A stretch of DNA of 64,000 nucleotides from Candidatus Omnitrophota bacterium. Lineage in GTDB: Bacteria; Omnitrophota; Gorgyraeia; Gygaellales; JAQTUX01. The first letter of the stretch is position 1; each line of letters opens with the position of its first letter. This document shows, piece by piece, positions 37,332-47,620 of this stretch. Where the stretch lies: positions 208,355 through 272,354 of the forward strand of contig JAQTUX010000002.1 in assembly GCA_028707125.1 (NCBI GenBank). Direction: 5' to 3'. The position numbers were made by a program, and so were the translations under genes. The notes beneath the pieces were generated by a model. It was given only the letters and a program-made list of their open reading frames with translations, had not been told where the DNA came from and searched no databases.

Positions 37332-37700
37332 TTAATTGCTCCTGCCCCTGATCTTGATGCCCCTGCGCCTGAGTTCGTCGGTCCTTTGCTTGGAGCATTT
37401 CATGCAGAAGAATTTTGCCTCGGCGTTCCTTTTGTCATAATTTGGCGCCAGCACCAGCCGCCACAGCGCCGTCTCCGCGCCGCAGTTGTCGCAGATGCCC
37501 TTTTCCTTGAAATGCCACATCTCAACCGCCTTAGAGGTGAATATGAACCTGTCCACCCAGAAGAATATGGCGCCGCCTATCAAGTTCGCGATAACGGTGG
37601 AAGCTATGCCTACGCCTAAATGCCTCACCACCAGCCAAAGTATGGGCGTGCTGAGCTGCCACCTCAACAAGTACAATAAAAACTTCCTTACAGTGACCAT
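37332..37700 (-). CDS. small membrane protein, GtrA-like N-terminus with C-terminal Cys4 zinc ribbon
   Basis: Two to three TM helices (GGAIFFWVDRFIFT), then CDNCG...CMKC. Confidence 0.3.
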   Translation of the reverse strand: MVTVRKFLLYLLRWQLSTPILWLVVRHLGVGIASTVIANLIGGAIFFWVDRFIFTSKAVEMWHFKEKGICDNCGAETALWRLVLAPNYDKRNAEAKFFCMKCSKQRTDELRRRGIKIRGRSN

Positions 37701-37709
37701 GCCTCTCCT

Positions 37710-38612
37710 TTAATTTAATGTTTTTATTTCTGCTCCGGGAAATCCCTTAATTAACTCCCCGCCTTTCTCTTTGCCTGAAATAAAGATCGCCGTGGAAAGG
37801 GCATCCGCGGTCAAACCATCGGCAGCGGCCACTGTCACAGAGATTATGCCCGAATCAGCGGGATAACCCGTCTTGGGATCGATAATATGCGCGTAACGCG
37901 CGTTATCTTTAAGAAAGAATTGTTCGTAATCTCCGGAGGTGGAAGCCGACTCATCCTCCAGCTCCAAATAGCCCGCGGGCTTATTCGCGCGGGGGCTCCT
38001 GACGGCTATCTTCCAAGGCCTGCCGGACCTGTTTCCCAAAGCGTATATCTGCCCGCCGGCATTTAGCAGGCAGCTTTTTATCCCCGCCTCTTTTAACTTC
38101 TCCTTCGCGCGATCAAGGGCATAACCCTTGGCTATCGCCCCCAGGTCCACCTTCATTCCGGCAGCTTTAAATGTTATGGTATTGCCTTCCTCCCGCAAAA
38201 TAATTTTATCTGAGCCGACAAGTTTAAGCGTATCTTCAATATCTTTCTTCGCGGGTACTTTATATTTTTTGTCCGTAAACCCCCAAAGGTCCACCAAAGG
38301 GGCAACGGTAATATCAAACGCCCCGCCGCTTGCCTGCCAGAATTCCTTTGATCTCTTTACCAGAAAAAATGTCTCCGGGCTTGCCTCTAACGCGCCGGAT
38401 CTATTCAACCTGGAGACCTCGCTTTCCGGGTCATATTTACTTAACAGGGCTTCCACCCTTTTTATCTCTTTAAAGGCGATGTCCGCCGCTTCTTTATGCG
38501 CGGAGGTTATCTCCACAAATGTCCCCATGGCAACGCGAACCTCTCTGTAGAGATGATCATTCCGGCAGCCGGCCAACAGTAAGGCGAACAGCAGACAGTA
38601 CAGGCTATTCAT
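37710..38612 (-). CDS. apbE: FAD:protein FMN transferase (ApbE family lipoprotein)
   Basis: Lipoprotein signal (LLLAGC) and ApbE signatures (DLGAIAKGYALD...SGDYEQF). Confidence 0.8.
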   Translation of the reverse strand: MNSLYCLLFALLLAGCRNDHLYREVRVAMGTFVEITSAHKEAADIAFKEIKRVEALLSKYDPESEVSRLNRSGALEASPETFFLVKRSKEFWQASGGAFDITVAPLVDLWGFTDKKYKVPAKKDIEDTLKLVGSDKIILREEGNTITFKAAGMKVDLGAIAKGYALDRAKEKLKEAGIKSCLLNAGGQIYALGNRSGRPWKIAVRSPRANKPAGYLELEDESASTSGDYEQFFLKDNARYAHIIDPKTGYPADSGIISVTVAAADGLTADALSTAIFISGKEKGGELIKGFPGAEIKTLN

Positions 38613-40569
38613 ATCTTAAGGCCTCGATCGGGTCAAGTTTAGAGGCCTGTTTAGCCGGCCAGATACCAAATATCACGCCCACCATCAGCGAAAAGGTCGT
38701 CGCCAGTGTCACTGAAAACGCCGAGATCCTTACTGCCCAACCCGCGAAAGAAGTTATCAACGCCGATATGCCCGTTCCCAGCGCGATGCCTCCTATCCCT
38801 CCCAGAAAAGACATCAATACCGCCTCAATAAGGAACTGCGTCATAATATCATGGTTGTTCGCCCCCAGGGCCTTGCGTAAACCTATCTCGCGCGTCCGTT
38901 CCGTCACAGAGACAAGCATGATGTTCATGATCCCTATTCCGCCGACCAGAAGAGAGATCGCCGCGATAGCGCCTAATAACATGGACATTGTCTTTGTGGT
39001 AGATTCCAGCGTGCTCCTGATATCGGCCATATTCCTGATCTGGAAAGAATCCTCTTCGTTTTTATTAAGGCGGTGCTGCTGCCTGATGAGCCGGCTTATC
39101 GCTTCAGTGAGCGGCTCCAGGTCTTGCGCTGTCTCTGCCTCCACGTAAATGGTATCTATATAATCTTTGCCCAGCAGCCTGTACATGGCGGTTGTAACCG
39201 GTAAAAGGACAATGTCATCCTGGTCGCGAAAACCAGCCGCTCCTTTGGAGGGTAGAACCCCGATCACCCTGAAATTAATGAGATTGATCTTTATGGTCTC
39301 TCCCACGGGATTGGAATCCCCGAAAAGTTCCCGTGCCACGGTCGTGCCTAAAATAGCCGTTTTCTCCCTCATCTTGATATCATGTTCGCCGAAAAATCTC
39401 CCCGCGGCCGGCACTGAGGCGCGCATTTCGGCGTAATCCACATCCACGCCTTCGATCTGCGTATTCCAGTTTTTGTCTTCGTAAACCAGCTGGCCGCGCC
39501 CGGATACCGAAGAACTTACCCTGTTTACCGCGCTGCCAAGTTTTTTTATCTCTTCGGCGTCCTGAAAAGTAAAACGCGTAACCGTGCCCGACTCAAGGGC
39601 AACTCCGTGAAGCCGGGAAGAACCCGGCCGGACAACCAGCAGGTTTGAGCCAAGCGACACCAGCTGTTGTTCTATCGACTCCTTCGCGCCCTGTCCCAGG
39701 GCAAGCATGGCGATAACGGCCGCGACGCCGATCAATATACCCAGGATCGAAAGAAAAGAGCGGACTTTATGCGAGAGCATGGCGAATACCGCCTGACGCA
39801 GGAAATCTCCAAATTCCGCCCTGCCGACTTTGTGATGCGGGCTCGGGATAGAGGCGCATATATCCTCCGCGTCTTCAACGGCCGCGGGGACGGGGGCGGC
39901 TTCATTACGTTTGTCGGAAATGACCCGTCCGTCGCGCATAAAAATGATCCGTTTCGCGCGCTCCGCTATCTCGTTTTCATGAGTCACTATTATAATGGTC
40001 TTGCCTTTTTTATTCAGGCCCTCCAGCATTGAAAGGATCTCTTCCCTGCTTTTAGAATCAAGGTTGCCGGTCGGCTCATCCGCGAGGATGACCAGGGGGT
40101 CGTTGACTAACGCCCGCGCTATGGCAACACGCTGCTGCTGGCCGCCTGAGAGCTCATTGGGGTGATGGAACATACGGTCCTCTAACCCCACCTCTACGAT
40201 CTTCTCTTTTGCCTTCTCTTTGAGATTTTTCTTGCCGGCATAAATAAGCGGCAGTTCCGCGTTCTCCAGCGCGCTTACGCGCGGCAGCAGATGGAACTGC
40301 TGAAAGATAAAGCCGGCGAACCTGTTTCTCATAACAGCCAGCTGCTCATCCGATAATGCCGTGACCGGCCGGCCGCATAAACGATACTCGCCGGTATCAG
40401 GCCTGTCAAGCAGCCCGGCTATGTGCATCAAAGTTGACTTTCCTGATCCGGACGGCCCCATAATTGCCACAAATTCTCCGGCTGAGATCTTTAAGGAGAC
40501 ATCATTAAGGGCCCTTACCTGGACCTTGCCCATCTGATAGGTCTTGGAAATATTCTTTAATTCGATCAT
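38605..40569 (-). CDS. macB: MacB-type ABC transporter, fused ATPase-permease (FtsX domain)
   Basis: N-terminal ABC domain ([24 protein letters not shown]). Periplasmic domain and a four-TM FtsX-like C-terminus. Confidence 0.85.
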   Translation of the reverse strand: MIELKNISKTYQMGKVQVRALNDVSLKISAGEFVAIMGPSGSGKSTLMHIAGLLDRPDTGEYRLCGRPVTALSDEQLAVMRNRFAGFIFQQFHLLPRVSALENAELPLIYAGKKNLKEKAKEKIVEVGLEDRMFHHPNELSGGQQQRVAIARALVNDPLVILADEPTGNLDSKSREEILSMLEGLNKKGKTIIIVTHENEIAERAKRIIFMRDGRVISDKRNEAAPVPAAVEDAEDICASIPSPHHKVGRAEFGDFLRQAVFAMLSHKVRSFLSILGILIGVAAVIAMLALGQGAKESIEQQLVSLGSNLLVVRPGSSRLHGVALESGTVTRFTFQDAEEIKKLGSAVNRVSSSVSGRGQLVYEDKNWNTQIEGVDVDYAEMRASVPAAGRFFGEHDIKMREKTAILGTTVARELFGDSNPVGETIKINLINFRVIGVLPSKGAAGFRDQDDIVLLPVTTAMYRLLGKDYIDTIYVEAETAQDLEPLTEAISRLIRQQHRLNKNEEDSFQIRNMADIRSTLESTTKTMSMLLGAIAAISLLVGGIGIMNIMLVSVTERTREIGLRKALGANNHDIMTQFLIEAVLMSFLGGIGGIALGTGISALITSFAGWAVRISAFSVTLATTFSLMVGVIFGIWPAKQASKLDPIEALRYE

Positions 40570-40572
40570 CTT

Positions 40573-41535
40573 TTATCTTTTTCTTTGGCGGCCGGGCGGC
40601 AGAAAAGGGTTGGTTCCTACGCTGTTATTTACGGGAAGCGCGTATTTTTTTGCCTCTGAAATAACCGTGTCGTCCGCGCTTATGCCGGAGACAACCTCAA
40701 CATTCCTGCCGTCGGAAATGCCCGTTTCGACCGCCCGCCTCATCGCGGCGCCGTTCCCGGGCTCCCTTACCAGCACATACGACAGCCCTTTCTCTTTTAT
40801 TACCGCTTCAGCCGGAAGCAGCAGGGCGCTTTCTTTGCTCTCTACTATAAAATCGATCGCCGCGTTCATTCCCGAACGGAAGAACTCAGGCGCCTCTTCG
40901 GGTAAAAGGTCCACTTCGTATATGGTAACGTTATTAACGGTCTTTGATTCATAGTAGATATGGCTTACCGCGGCTTTTATTTCCGCGTCCTGATAAGCGT
41001 CAAGCGCTATCTCCGCGATCTGCCCCGGCTTTATCTTGCCGATATCCGTCTCATCAACCTGCGCCCTTACGATCAAGCGGTCGGATAAGACAATAATGGG
41101 GTCGCTGGTAGTCACGGTCTGCCCGGGCTGGGTTTTCGCTACGATGACCTCTCCGTCAATAGGGGCGATCAGAGGGATCGGCTTATATACGTCTTTCCAG
41201 TATTCCAGCGCCTCCTGGTTTTGGCCGCGGGCTGAATCAAGCAGGGCCGCCCTTTCCGTTGAACTCATCCACGCCAGTGTCTGTCCCGCCTTTATTCGTT
41301 CGCCCTCCTCAACGAGGACCTCATCTATCCTGCCGTTAACAGAAGGCCGTACCTCAAGCCTGTTCCTGGGCAAAACCGTTCCGGTGGTAGAGATGACATT
41401 CTGGATAGCCCCGATCGCCGGCTTTATCTCTTTGATCACTTCGCCATCCGGCTGGGAACGTTTAAATTTATAATAAAACAGGGATGCCGCGGCTATCAAG
41501 ATCAGGACTGCGGATATCATTTTTTTATTGAACAT
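40573..41535 (-). CDS. macA: efflux periplasmic adaptor subunit (HlyD/MacA family)
   Basis: N-terminal anchor, then a coiled-coil/lipoyl/beta-barrel architecture. Sits upstream of macB. Confidence 0.8.
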   Translation of the reverse strand: MFNKKMISAVLILIAAASLFYYKFKRSQPDGEVIKEIKPAIGAIQNVISTTGTVLPRNRLEVRPSVNGRIDEVLVEEGERIKAGQTLAWMSSTERAALLDSARGQNQEALEYWKDVYKPIPLIAPIDGEVIVAKTQPGQTVTTSDPIIVLSDRLIVRAQVDETDIGKIKPGQIAEIALDAYQDAEIKAAVSHIYYESKTVNNVTIYEVDLLPEEAPEFFRSGMNAAIDFIVESKESALLLPAEAVIKEKGLSYVLVREPGNGAAMRRAVETGISDGRNVEVVSGISADDTVISEAKKYALPVNNSVGTNPFLPPGRQRKR

Positions 41536-42817
41536 ATTCTAACGTCTCTCCTTTCGCCTGGACCCAATTTGCCTCGGCCAGCAAGGCGTTGGCCCGGGCT
41601 TCCAGGTAAGCCTTCTTGGCTTGCACAAGATCGTTCTCAATAATGATCCAGTTATCAAAAGAAATGAATCCCGTGGAATACTGCGCCTCTGCTATTTTCG
41701 AGCGCTCCTCCGAGGCCTCCAGGGTCTTACGCCGGACCTCCGCCGTCTCTATGGCATCCTGCAGGGCTGCCCATGCCTGCTCAAGGGCCACGATCGCCGT
41801 ATCTCTTATATCGCGTTCATCCGCCACCGCCTGATTATACGCGGCAAAGGCCTTGGATAATTCAGCGGCCTTCAAGCCGCCTTCAAATAACGGCAAGGTC
41901 AAACCCAGGCCCACGCTCCACTGGTCGTTTTCCGGCGGCCACTTGGGGCTTTTCTTATTCGCGCTTGCAGTGCCTGAAATCTGGGGGGCAAAATTACCAT
42001 AAGCGGACCTGATCCCCAGCAAACTTGAGTTTTTCTCGGCCGCGGCCTGTAAAATTGAAGGGTTGGTCTTTACCAATGCCTCGAAATCCGGCTTCTCCCT
42101 GACCGTCTCATTAACGATAAATCCTCCCTCAACCGACAGCGGTTCAAATTCTTTGCGCCCCATCTCTTTGGAAAGCCGCCTCTGGCTGAAATCAACATTT
42201 CTTCTCGCCTGAGAGAGTTCGGAATCCGCGTCGGCCACATTTGCCTCTGCCGTCAACAAGGCGCCTCGATGCTCCAGCCCGGATTGATATTGTAATGTGA
42301 TCAATACTAAATTGTCCCTTCTGATCTGGACGATCTCTTCCGCCACCCGTATGAGTTCCTGGGCCCTTAATAAATTGATAAAAGCTGAGCGCAGATTCAG
42401 CCGGACCTCGGAAGAAGTAAAACGATACGCCTGCTGCGCGGCCTTTACATTCTCAGAGGCGGCCTTCAGGTCATTAATGCTCTTAAAACCGTCAAAGATC
42501 AGCTGGGAGCCGCTAATGCCGTAGGAATAGGAATCGTTTGTCGCGCTGGTAGTGATCCCTGAACTGCTGGTAGTGCTGGTCTTTGAAGTAGAGGCATCTA
42601 CATCCGCGCTAAATTGAGGATACAGGCCGCTGGCAGTTATATCCTTTTCAGATCTCTGTAACTTGATACCCTCCGCGGCAGAAATTAATTCCGGATTGTT
42701 TTCTTTGGCCTGCGCCAGGCAATCCTCCCACGTAAAAACCTCCTGTGCCCGCGCGATCTCAGGCGCGCCGCATACAAAGGCCAAAATTATCGTAAAAATC
42801 TTTACGCCGTCTGCCAT
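41525..42817 (-). CDS. TolC-family outer membrane efflux protein
   Basis: Signal peptide and two repeated TolC helical/beta repeats. In operon with macAB. Confidence 0.8.
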   Translation of the reverse strand: MADGVKIFTIILAFVCGAPEIARAQEVFTWEDCLAQAKENNPELISAAEGIKLQRSEKDITASGLYPQFSADVDASTSKTSTTSSSGITTSATNDSYSYGISGSQLIFDGFKSINDLKAASENVKAAQQAYRFTSSEVRLNLRSAFINLLRAQELIRVAEEIVQIRRDNLVLITLQYQSGLEHRGALLTAEANVADADSELSQARRNVDFSQRRLSKEMGRKEFEPLSVEGGFIVNETVREKPDFEALVKTNPSILQAAAEKNSSLLGIRSAYGNFAPQISGTASANKKSPKWPPENDQWSVGLGLTLPLFEGGLKAAELSKAFAAYNQAVADERDIRDTAIVALEQAWAALQDAIETAEVRRKTLEASEERSKIAEAQYSTGFISFDNWIIIENDLVQAKKAYLEARANALLAEANWVQAKGETLEYVQ

Positions 42818-44043
42818 TTCACCGCTTCTTTGCGCATTGCCCAGAATAAGGCCAGCGCCGCTATCTGTAATGCTACTGCCCCGCCGATAAGCAGAGACAG
42901 GTAGTCCTCGTAAAGTATGCCCATAAGCGCGCTGCCGGCAAGAACGGCCAGGCCGTAAGAGGTGTTTAGAATACCGTAGCCGGTCCCTCTTTTCTTAAGC
43001 GGGGTGAGGTCCGCTATCGCGGATTTCATGATCGTCTCATGGGCGCCCATCACTATGCCCCAAAGCAGCATACTTGTTACCGCCAGAATAAAGCTGCCGG
43101 AAAAAGCGCAAAGCACGACGAGTATGGAGAGAAACGGAATGATAACAAGCGTATTCAATCCCGCCGTATCGCTCTTACGCCTCCGCTTTAAGATATCGTA
43201 TGCCTTGCCTATGATCAGCGCCGCTAACGCGTCTACGCCCATAGCCACGGCATACATAAACGGGATCATAGCGTCTGAAAATACCTGCCTTGCCTTAAAA
43301 TGATAGCCCAATAATAGAAAATTCACAAAACCGGCTGTCGCTAAAAAGCTGAAGGCGGTATAGAGCCAGAAAAGTTTTGAGAGCTTATCCGAGGCGGTAT
43401 TTTTGCCGTCCTGGACCTCCAGCTCCTGGGGGCGCGGGGCCTTCCGGTAGGCGACAAAGATACAGGCGGCCAGAATGAAAAACGGGATCCACAACAGCCC
43501 GTATCCCTGCTGGTAGTCGCGCGCGCCTTTTTCCACAGCGGCGCCAAAGAGAAATAATCCGGTAAAAATAAGCGGCCCCGTAACCGCGCCTATCTGATCC
43601 AACGCCTCCGTAATGCCGAAGCCAAAGCCGGTTCCCACATGCTTCGTAGCCATGGAAACGATGGTGTCCCGCGCGGGGCCGCGTAACGCCTTGCCTATCC
43701 TCTCGGCAACTATCAAGAATGCCGCTAACTGCCAGACCCCCGATAAAGACAAAAGCGGCACCGAAACAAGCATCCCGTAGCCGATAAAGACGAAAAACCA
43801 GTATGACTTAGTCCTGTCGGAGAGATATCCCGAGATAAGGCGTATGGCATATCCCAGGAATTCACCCAGGCCGGCGATTATGCCCACAACCGCCGCGTTG
43901 GCTCCCAGCGTCTTAAGATATGGGCCGTTAACGCTGCGCGCCCCTTCGTAGATAATGTCCCCGAACAAACTGACCAATCCAAAAAGGATTATTACCTGGA
44001 ATGCCTTCTTGCGGCTGTTTGGTTCCATTTTTAACTCCAGCAA
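42802..44043 (-). CDS. MFS transporter
   Basis: 12 predicted TM segments with MFS motifs (GxLSDRxGRR-like: GYLSDRTKSY). Confidence 0.75.
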   Translation of the reverse strand: MLELKMEPNSRKKAFQVIILFGLVSLFGDIIYEGARSVNGPYLKTLGANAAVVGIIAGLGEFLGYAIRLISGYLSDRTKSYWFFVFIGYGMLVSVPLLSLSGVWQLAAFLIVAERIGKALRGPARDTIVSMATKHVGTGFGFGITEALDQIGAVTGPLIFTGLFLFGAAVEKGARDYQQGYGLLWIPFFILAACIFVAYRKAPRPQELEVQDGKNTASDKLSKLFWLYTAFSFLATAGFVNFLLLGYHFKARQVFSDAMIPFMYAVAMGVDALAALIIGKAYDILKRRRKSDTAGLNTLVIIPFLSILVVLCAFSGSFILAVTSMLLWGIVMGAHETIMKSAIADLTPLKKRGTGYGILNTSYGLAVLAGSALMGILYEDYLSLLIGGAVALQIAALALFWAMRKEAVKWQTA

Positions 44044-44046
44044 TAT

Positions 44047-44622
44047 CTAAAAAATATCTACTTTGACTTTATCCAGTATGGCGGCAAGTTTTGAGAGCGG
44101 CAGGCCGACAACATTATAAAAACAGCCCTCTACGCGTTCTATAAAAATACTGCCTGGCCCCTGTATGTCAAAGGCGCCTGCCTTATCCAAAGGCGATACC
44201 TTCCTGAAGTACCTTCTGATCTCATTGTCGCTCAGACGCCGCATATAAACCCTGGTCTTCTCGTATGCGGCAAATGCCTTATCTTTATCAATATCTATGA
44301 CCGCCAGGCCCGTATAAACCCACTGCGGCCTTCTGGAAAGCAGTTTAAGGATCTTAAATGCCTCATCTTTATCCTTCGGCTTGCCGATTATCTTCCTGCC
44401 GGCCAAAACTACCGTATCCGCGCCGATGACTATTCCGGAATCAAACCTCTTAGCCGCGTCCCTGGCCTTGTTCAGGGCGTTCGCGATGACCAGATCGCCG
44501 CATCCCGCTTTTAGCGACCGGTCTTCTTTTACGTTCGAAACCGCCACCTGAAATTTAAGGCCGAGCTGCCTTAAAAGTTTCTGCCGCGCCTTTGACCTGG
44601 AAGCCAGTATTATCTTACGCAT
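44047..44622 (-). CDS. maf: Maf-like nucleotide pyrophosphatase
   Basis: ILASRSKARQKLL N-terminus, 191 aa, Maf family. Confidence 0.85.
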   Translation of the reverse strand: MRKIILASRSKARQKLLRQLGLKFQVAVSNVKEDRSLKAGCGDLVIANALNKARDAAKRFDSGIVIGADTVVLAGRKIIGKPKDKDEAFKILKLLSRRPQWVYTGLAVIDIDKDKAFAAYEKTRVYMRRLSDNEIRRYFRKVSPLDKAGAFDIQGPGSIFIERVEGCFYNVVGLPLSKLAAILDKVKVDIF

Positions 44623-45862
44623 ACGCGGCGCTCTCTCCCGCCAGAAAGCCGGTTGAAAATGCCTGCTGTAAATTGTAGCCGCCGCTGTAAGCGCAGCCGT
44701 CTATTATCTCGCCGGCAAAATACAGCCCGGGGACGATCCTTGACTCCATAGTCCTGGGGTTGATCTCCTTGACCGGGATCCCGCCGTTGGTGACCATCGC
44801 CTCTTCAACAGGCAAAGAGCCGTTAACGGTCAAGGGAAAGGCCTTCAATAAATCCGCGATCGCGCGGCGTTCATTACGATTTACCTGATTCGCCTTTTTT
44901 TCAGGCTGTATGCCGCCTATGCCCAGGAATACGGGGATCAGGCTATGCGGCAATAAATTTTTCATAACGTTTTTTATCTGGCTGTTTTTGTTGAGGCCGA
45001 ACTCCCTCAACAACCTGCCCTCTATCTGTTCGGGGCTTAATCCCGGCTTGAGGTCAATGTAAAGCATAGCCTCCTTGTATTCCTGAAGCGCGCAAACAAC
45101 GCGGCCGCTTAGATCCAGGACTAACGGGCCGGAAACCCCGAAATGCGTGAACATGACCTCGCCTACCCCGGAGGAGATCTTTTTATTGCCGTATTTGAAA
45201 ATGGCCCGCACATTTTTTAGCGGAAGCCCCTGTAACTGTTTGACCCATTTCTCTTTGGTTTTTAACGGCACCAGAGCCGGTTTCAATGCCGCTATGGTAT
45301 GCCCTGACTTTTGCGCGATACGAAACCCGTCTCCGGATGAACCGGTCGCGCTGAAAGAAGCGCCGCCGGTAGCCAATATTACCTTTTCCGCGTAGATCTT
45401 CCCTGCCTTATTCATAATTTCAAGTTCAAAACCGCCGTTTTTCCTGATTATGCCTGACAGGCGGCTATCGTATAAAATCTCTATCCCGCGTTCTTTCAAA
45501 CATTTTTTCAGGACATCCACTACGGAAGACGATCTATCGCTGGCAGGAAAAACGCGGCCCTGCCTTTCTGTCTTCAACTCCAGCCCTCTGTCGTTAAAAA
45601 AACTCATCAGGCCATGGTTGGAAAACGCGGAAAATGCCGACCTGAGAAAATTGCCCTGCTTCCCAAATGCCTCTATGAAGGCATCTATATCCGCGGCATT
45701 GGTAAGATTGCACCTGCCTTTTCCGGTAAGCAGGAGCTTTCTCGCGGGCGCGTTGTTTCTTTCTATCAAAATTATTTTTTTTCTAAACCGTCCGGCGCTT
45801 ATCGCGGCCATGCAGCCGGCCGCCCCGGCGCCGATAACGGCAATATCGTAAACTCTCGCCAC
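44615..45862 (-). CDS. HI0933/BaiN-family FAD-dependent oxidoreductase
   Basis: GAGAAG dinucleotide-binding motif and a 415-aa length with the HI0933-like architecture. Confidence 0.75.
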   Translation of the reverse strand: MARVYDIAVIGAGAAGCMAAISAGRFRKKIILIERNNAPARKLLLTGKGRCNLTNAADIDAFIEAFGKQGNFLRSAFSAFSNHGLMSFFNDRGLELKTERQGRVFPASDRSSSVVDVLKKCLKERGIEILYDSRLSGIIRKNGGFELEIMNKAGKIYAEKVILATGGASFSATGSSGDGFRIAQKSGHTIAALKPALVPLKTKEKWVKQLQGLPLKNVRAIFKYGNKKISSGVGEVMFTHFGVSGPLVLDLSGRVVCALQEYKEAMLYIDLKPGLSPEQIEGRLLREFGLNKNSQIKNVMKNLLPHSLIPVFLGIGGIQPEKKANQVNRNERRAIADLLKAFPLTVNGSLPVEEAMVTNGGIPVKEINPRTMESRIVPGLYFAGEIIDGCAYSGGYNLQQAFSTGFLAGESAAYA

Positions 45863-45877
45863 CTGCCGCTTCCCTGC

Positions 45878-46834
45878 CTATAAAAGCTTCTCAGACATCT
45901 TTAATAAACGGTTTATGGACGCTCTGTTATTCGGTATGCTGCAGCCGGCTATATCAAAATGCCCGCCGCCGCCGTAGGCCTCCGCCAAAGACGCCACGTT
46001 GATGGCGCCTTTTGACCTTAAACTGACCCTTAGAGATTTACCGTCCTTTTCCCTGAACAATACCGCTATTTTTACGTCGCTTATAGAGATCATCTCGCCT
46101 GCTACCGCGTCCACGTCCTCATCCCGGCCGCTGGCCTTCCGGAAATCCTCCCGCCTCACAATAGACCAGGCAACCTTATCGCCCTCTAGAAACCTGCACC
46201 TTGACAGGCATATCCCCGAAAGGATCACCGATGCCCTTCTTCTTATCCAGTAGACCATATCGGTCAATTTGGAGAAATCATCTACTATCTCAAGAAGCCT
46301 CGCGCAGATCTCAAAGGTGAGCGGCCTGACGCCGGGCAACCTGAAAGAATTCGTCTCAACTATTATTGAAGTAAGGATATTCTGTGCTACGTTGGAATTT
46401 ATATCTGTTCCCTTTATGCTGTTTAAAAGGGAATATATGATCTCGCCTACCGCGGCCGCTTTTGTGTCTATTATACTTATGTCGCCGAACGGCCTCCTGA
46501 ATTCATGATGGTCTATCTCCAGGATATTTTCAGCCCTTTTGAATATCCCGTAGGACTTACCCAGTATCTCCTTATTGCTGCAGTCAACTGATATCGCCAG
46601 ATCGCATTTTGCCTGAGTGTGTTTTATGATCCTGTCCGCGCCGGGTAAAAGCCGGTATCTGTACGGCACGCCGTCGCGGGAAACCATATATACGCGCTTG
46701 CCCAGCCCTTCCAGAGCCAGGCCCAGCGCCAGCAGCGAACCGATAGAATCTCCATCGGGATTAATGTGGCCGGCAATAACTACGCTGCCTGCCTTAAGTA
46801 TCTTTTCCCTGGACTTTAGAAAATCACGCGTCAT
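45878..46834 (-). CDS. nrnA: DHH-DHHA1 phosphoesterase (NrnA-like bifunctional oligoribonuclease/pAp phosphatase)
   Basis: DHH motifs (HINPDGDSIGS, DHH) and DHHA1 GGGH. Confidence 0.75.
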   Translation of the reverse strand: MTRDFLKSREKILKAGSVVIAGHINPDGDSIGSLLALGLALEGLGKRVYMVSRDGVPYRYRLLPGADRIIKHTQAKCDLAISVDCSNKEILGKSYGIFKRAENILEIDHHEFRRPFGDISIIDTKAAAVGEIIYSLLNSIKGTDINSNVAQNILTSIIVETNSFRLPGVRPLTFEICARLLEIVDDFSKLTDMVYWIRRRASVILSGICLSRCRFLEGDKVAWSIVRREDFRKASGRDEDVDAVAGEMISISDVKIAVLFREKDGKSLRVSLRSKGAINVASLAEAYGGGGHFDIAGCSIPNNRASINRLLKMSEKLL

Positions 46835-47103
46835 ATCCTTCCTGAGAACATCAGCAGGCCGACGATAACAAACAACGAGGCAGCCGCGTACTTTATATAT
46901 TCGGGCCTTATATACCTGCTCAGGGCCGCTCCTGAACAGACCGTTATTAAGGTGACCGCGGCAAACGCGGTAAGAGAACCCAGGAATACGGACATCCAGG
47001 AACCGGACCTGACAGACAAAGAAAGATTGGCTAATTGGGTTTTATCGCCTAATTCCGCCAAAAATATCGTTACGAAAGCCGTAATAAATATCCGCCAATC
47101 CAT
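46831..47103 (-). CDS. UPF0016 (GDT1/TMEM165-like) single-domain cation transporter
   Basis: ELGDKTQ signature. Start trimmed to MDWRIF within the track ORF 46831..47208. Confidence 0.55.
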   Translation of the reverse strand: MDWRIFITAFVTIFLAELGDKTQLANLSLSVRSGSWMSVFLGSLTAFAAVTLITVCSGAALSRYIRPEYIKYAAASLFVIVGLLMFSGRI

Positions 47104-47114
47104 CAGATCCCTCC

Positions 47115-47591
47115 TTAAGGCAGTCTGCCTCCCGCCCAGTCCCCTATATAATGAGTCACCACTATGACCAAAATCGCGATCAGCAGGTGTTCCGTCACTG
47201 CCTTCCATGGATTCTCTCCCTGCGAGCGTGCCATCTTATAACTCAATATAAACAGCATAGACAGCCCCCAGGCCGCGCTTACAAATATCGCCGTGGATAA
47301 TCTAAATAATAATACGGGGATAATAAAGGTCAGCGCGAAGAGAAACTTGGATAGAAATGTGGAGATCGTGGCTATCCATACCTCTTTCGCGGTGTGCTTA
47401 TTCTCGGACTCCTCGGAAATATGAATGCCCAGCGCGTCGGAGAACGCGTCTGCTATCGCTATGGTCAGTATACCTCCTATGACCGCTATCTCTGAGTGAG
47501 TGCTGGAGTGCAGCCCTATCATCAGGCCCAGCGTAGTGATTATCCCGGAAGTCAGGCCAAAACTAAACCCGACCGTAAATGAATGCCGCAT
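47115..47591 (-). CDS. VIT1/CCC1-family (iron/manganese transporter-like) membrane protein
   Basis: GLTSGIITTLGLMIGL...AIADAFSDALG pattern typical of VIT-family proteins. Confidence 0.5.
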   Translation of the reverse strand: MRHSFTVGFSFGLTSGIITTLGLMIGLHSSTHSEIAVIGGILTIAIADAFSDALGIHISEESENKHTAKEVWIATISTFLSKFLFALTFIIPVLLFRLSTAIFVSAAWGLSMLFILSYKMARSQGENPWKAVTEHLLIAILVIVVTHYIGDWAGGRLP

Positions 47592-47620
47592 TTTATAATA
47601 CCCCCTTTTTATAATACCCC
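47591..47620. repeat. tandem direct repeat 2 x TTTTATAATACCCC immediately upstream of the VIT-family gene start
   Basis: Read directly from the sequence as gaatgccgcaTTTTATAATACCCCcTTTTTATAATACCCCgaac. Confidence 0.6.
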
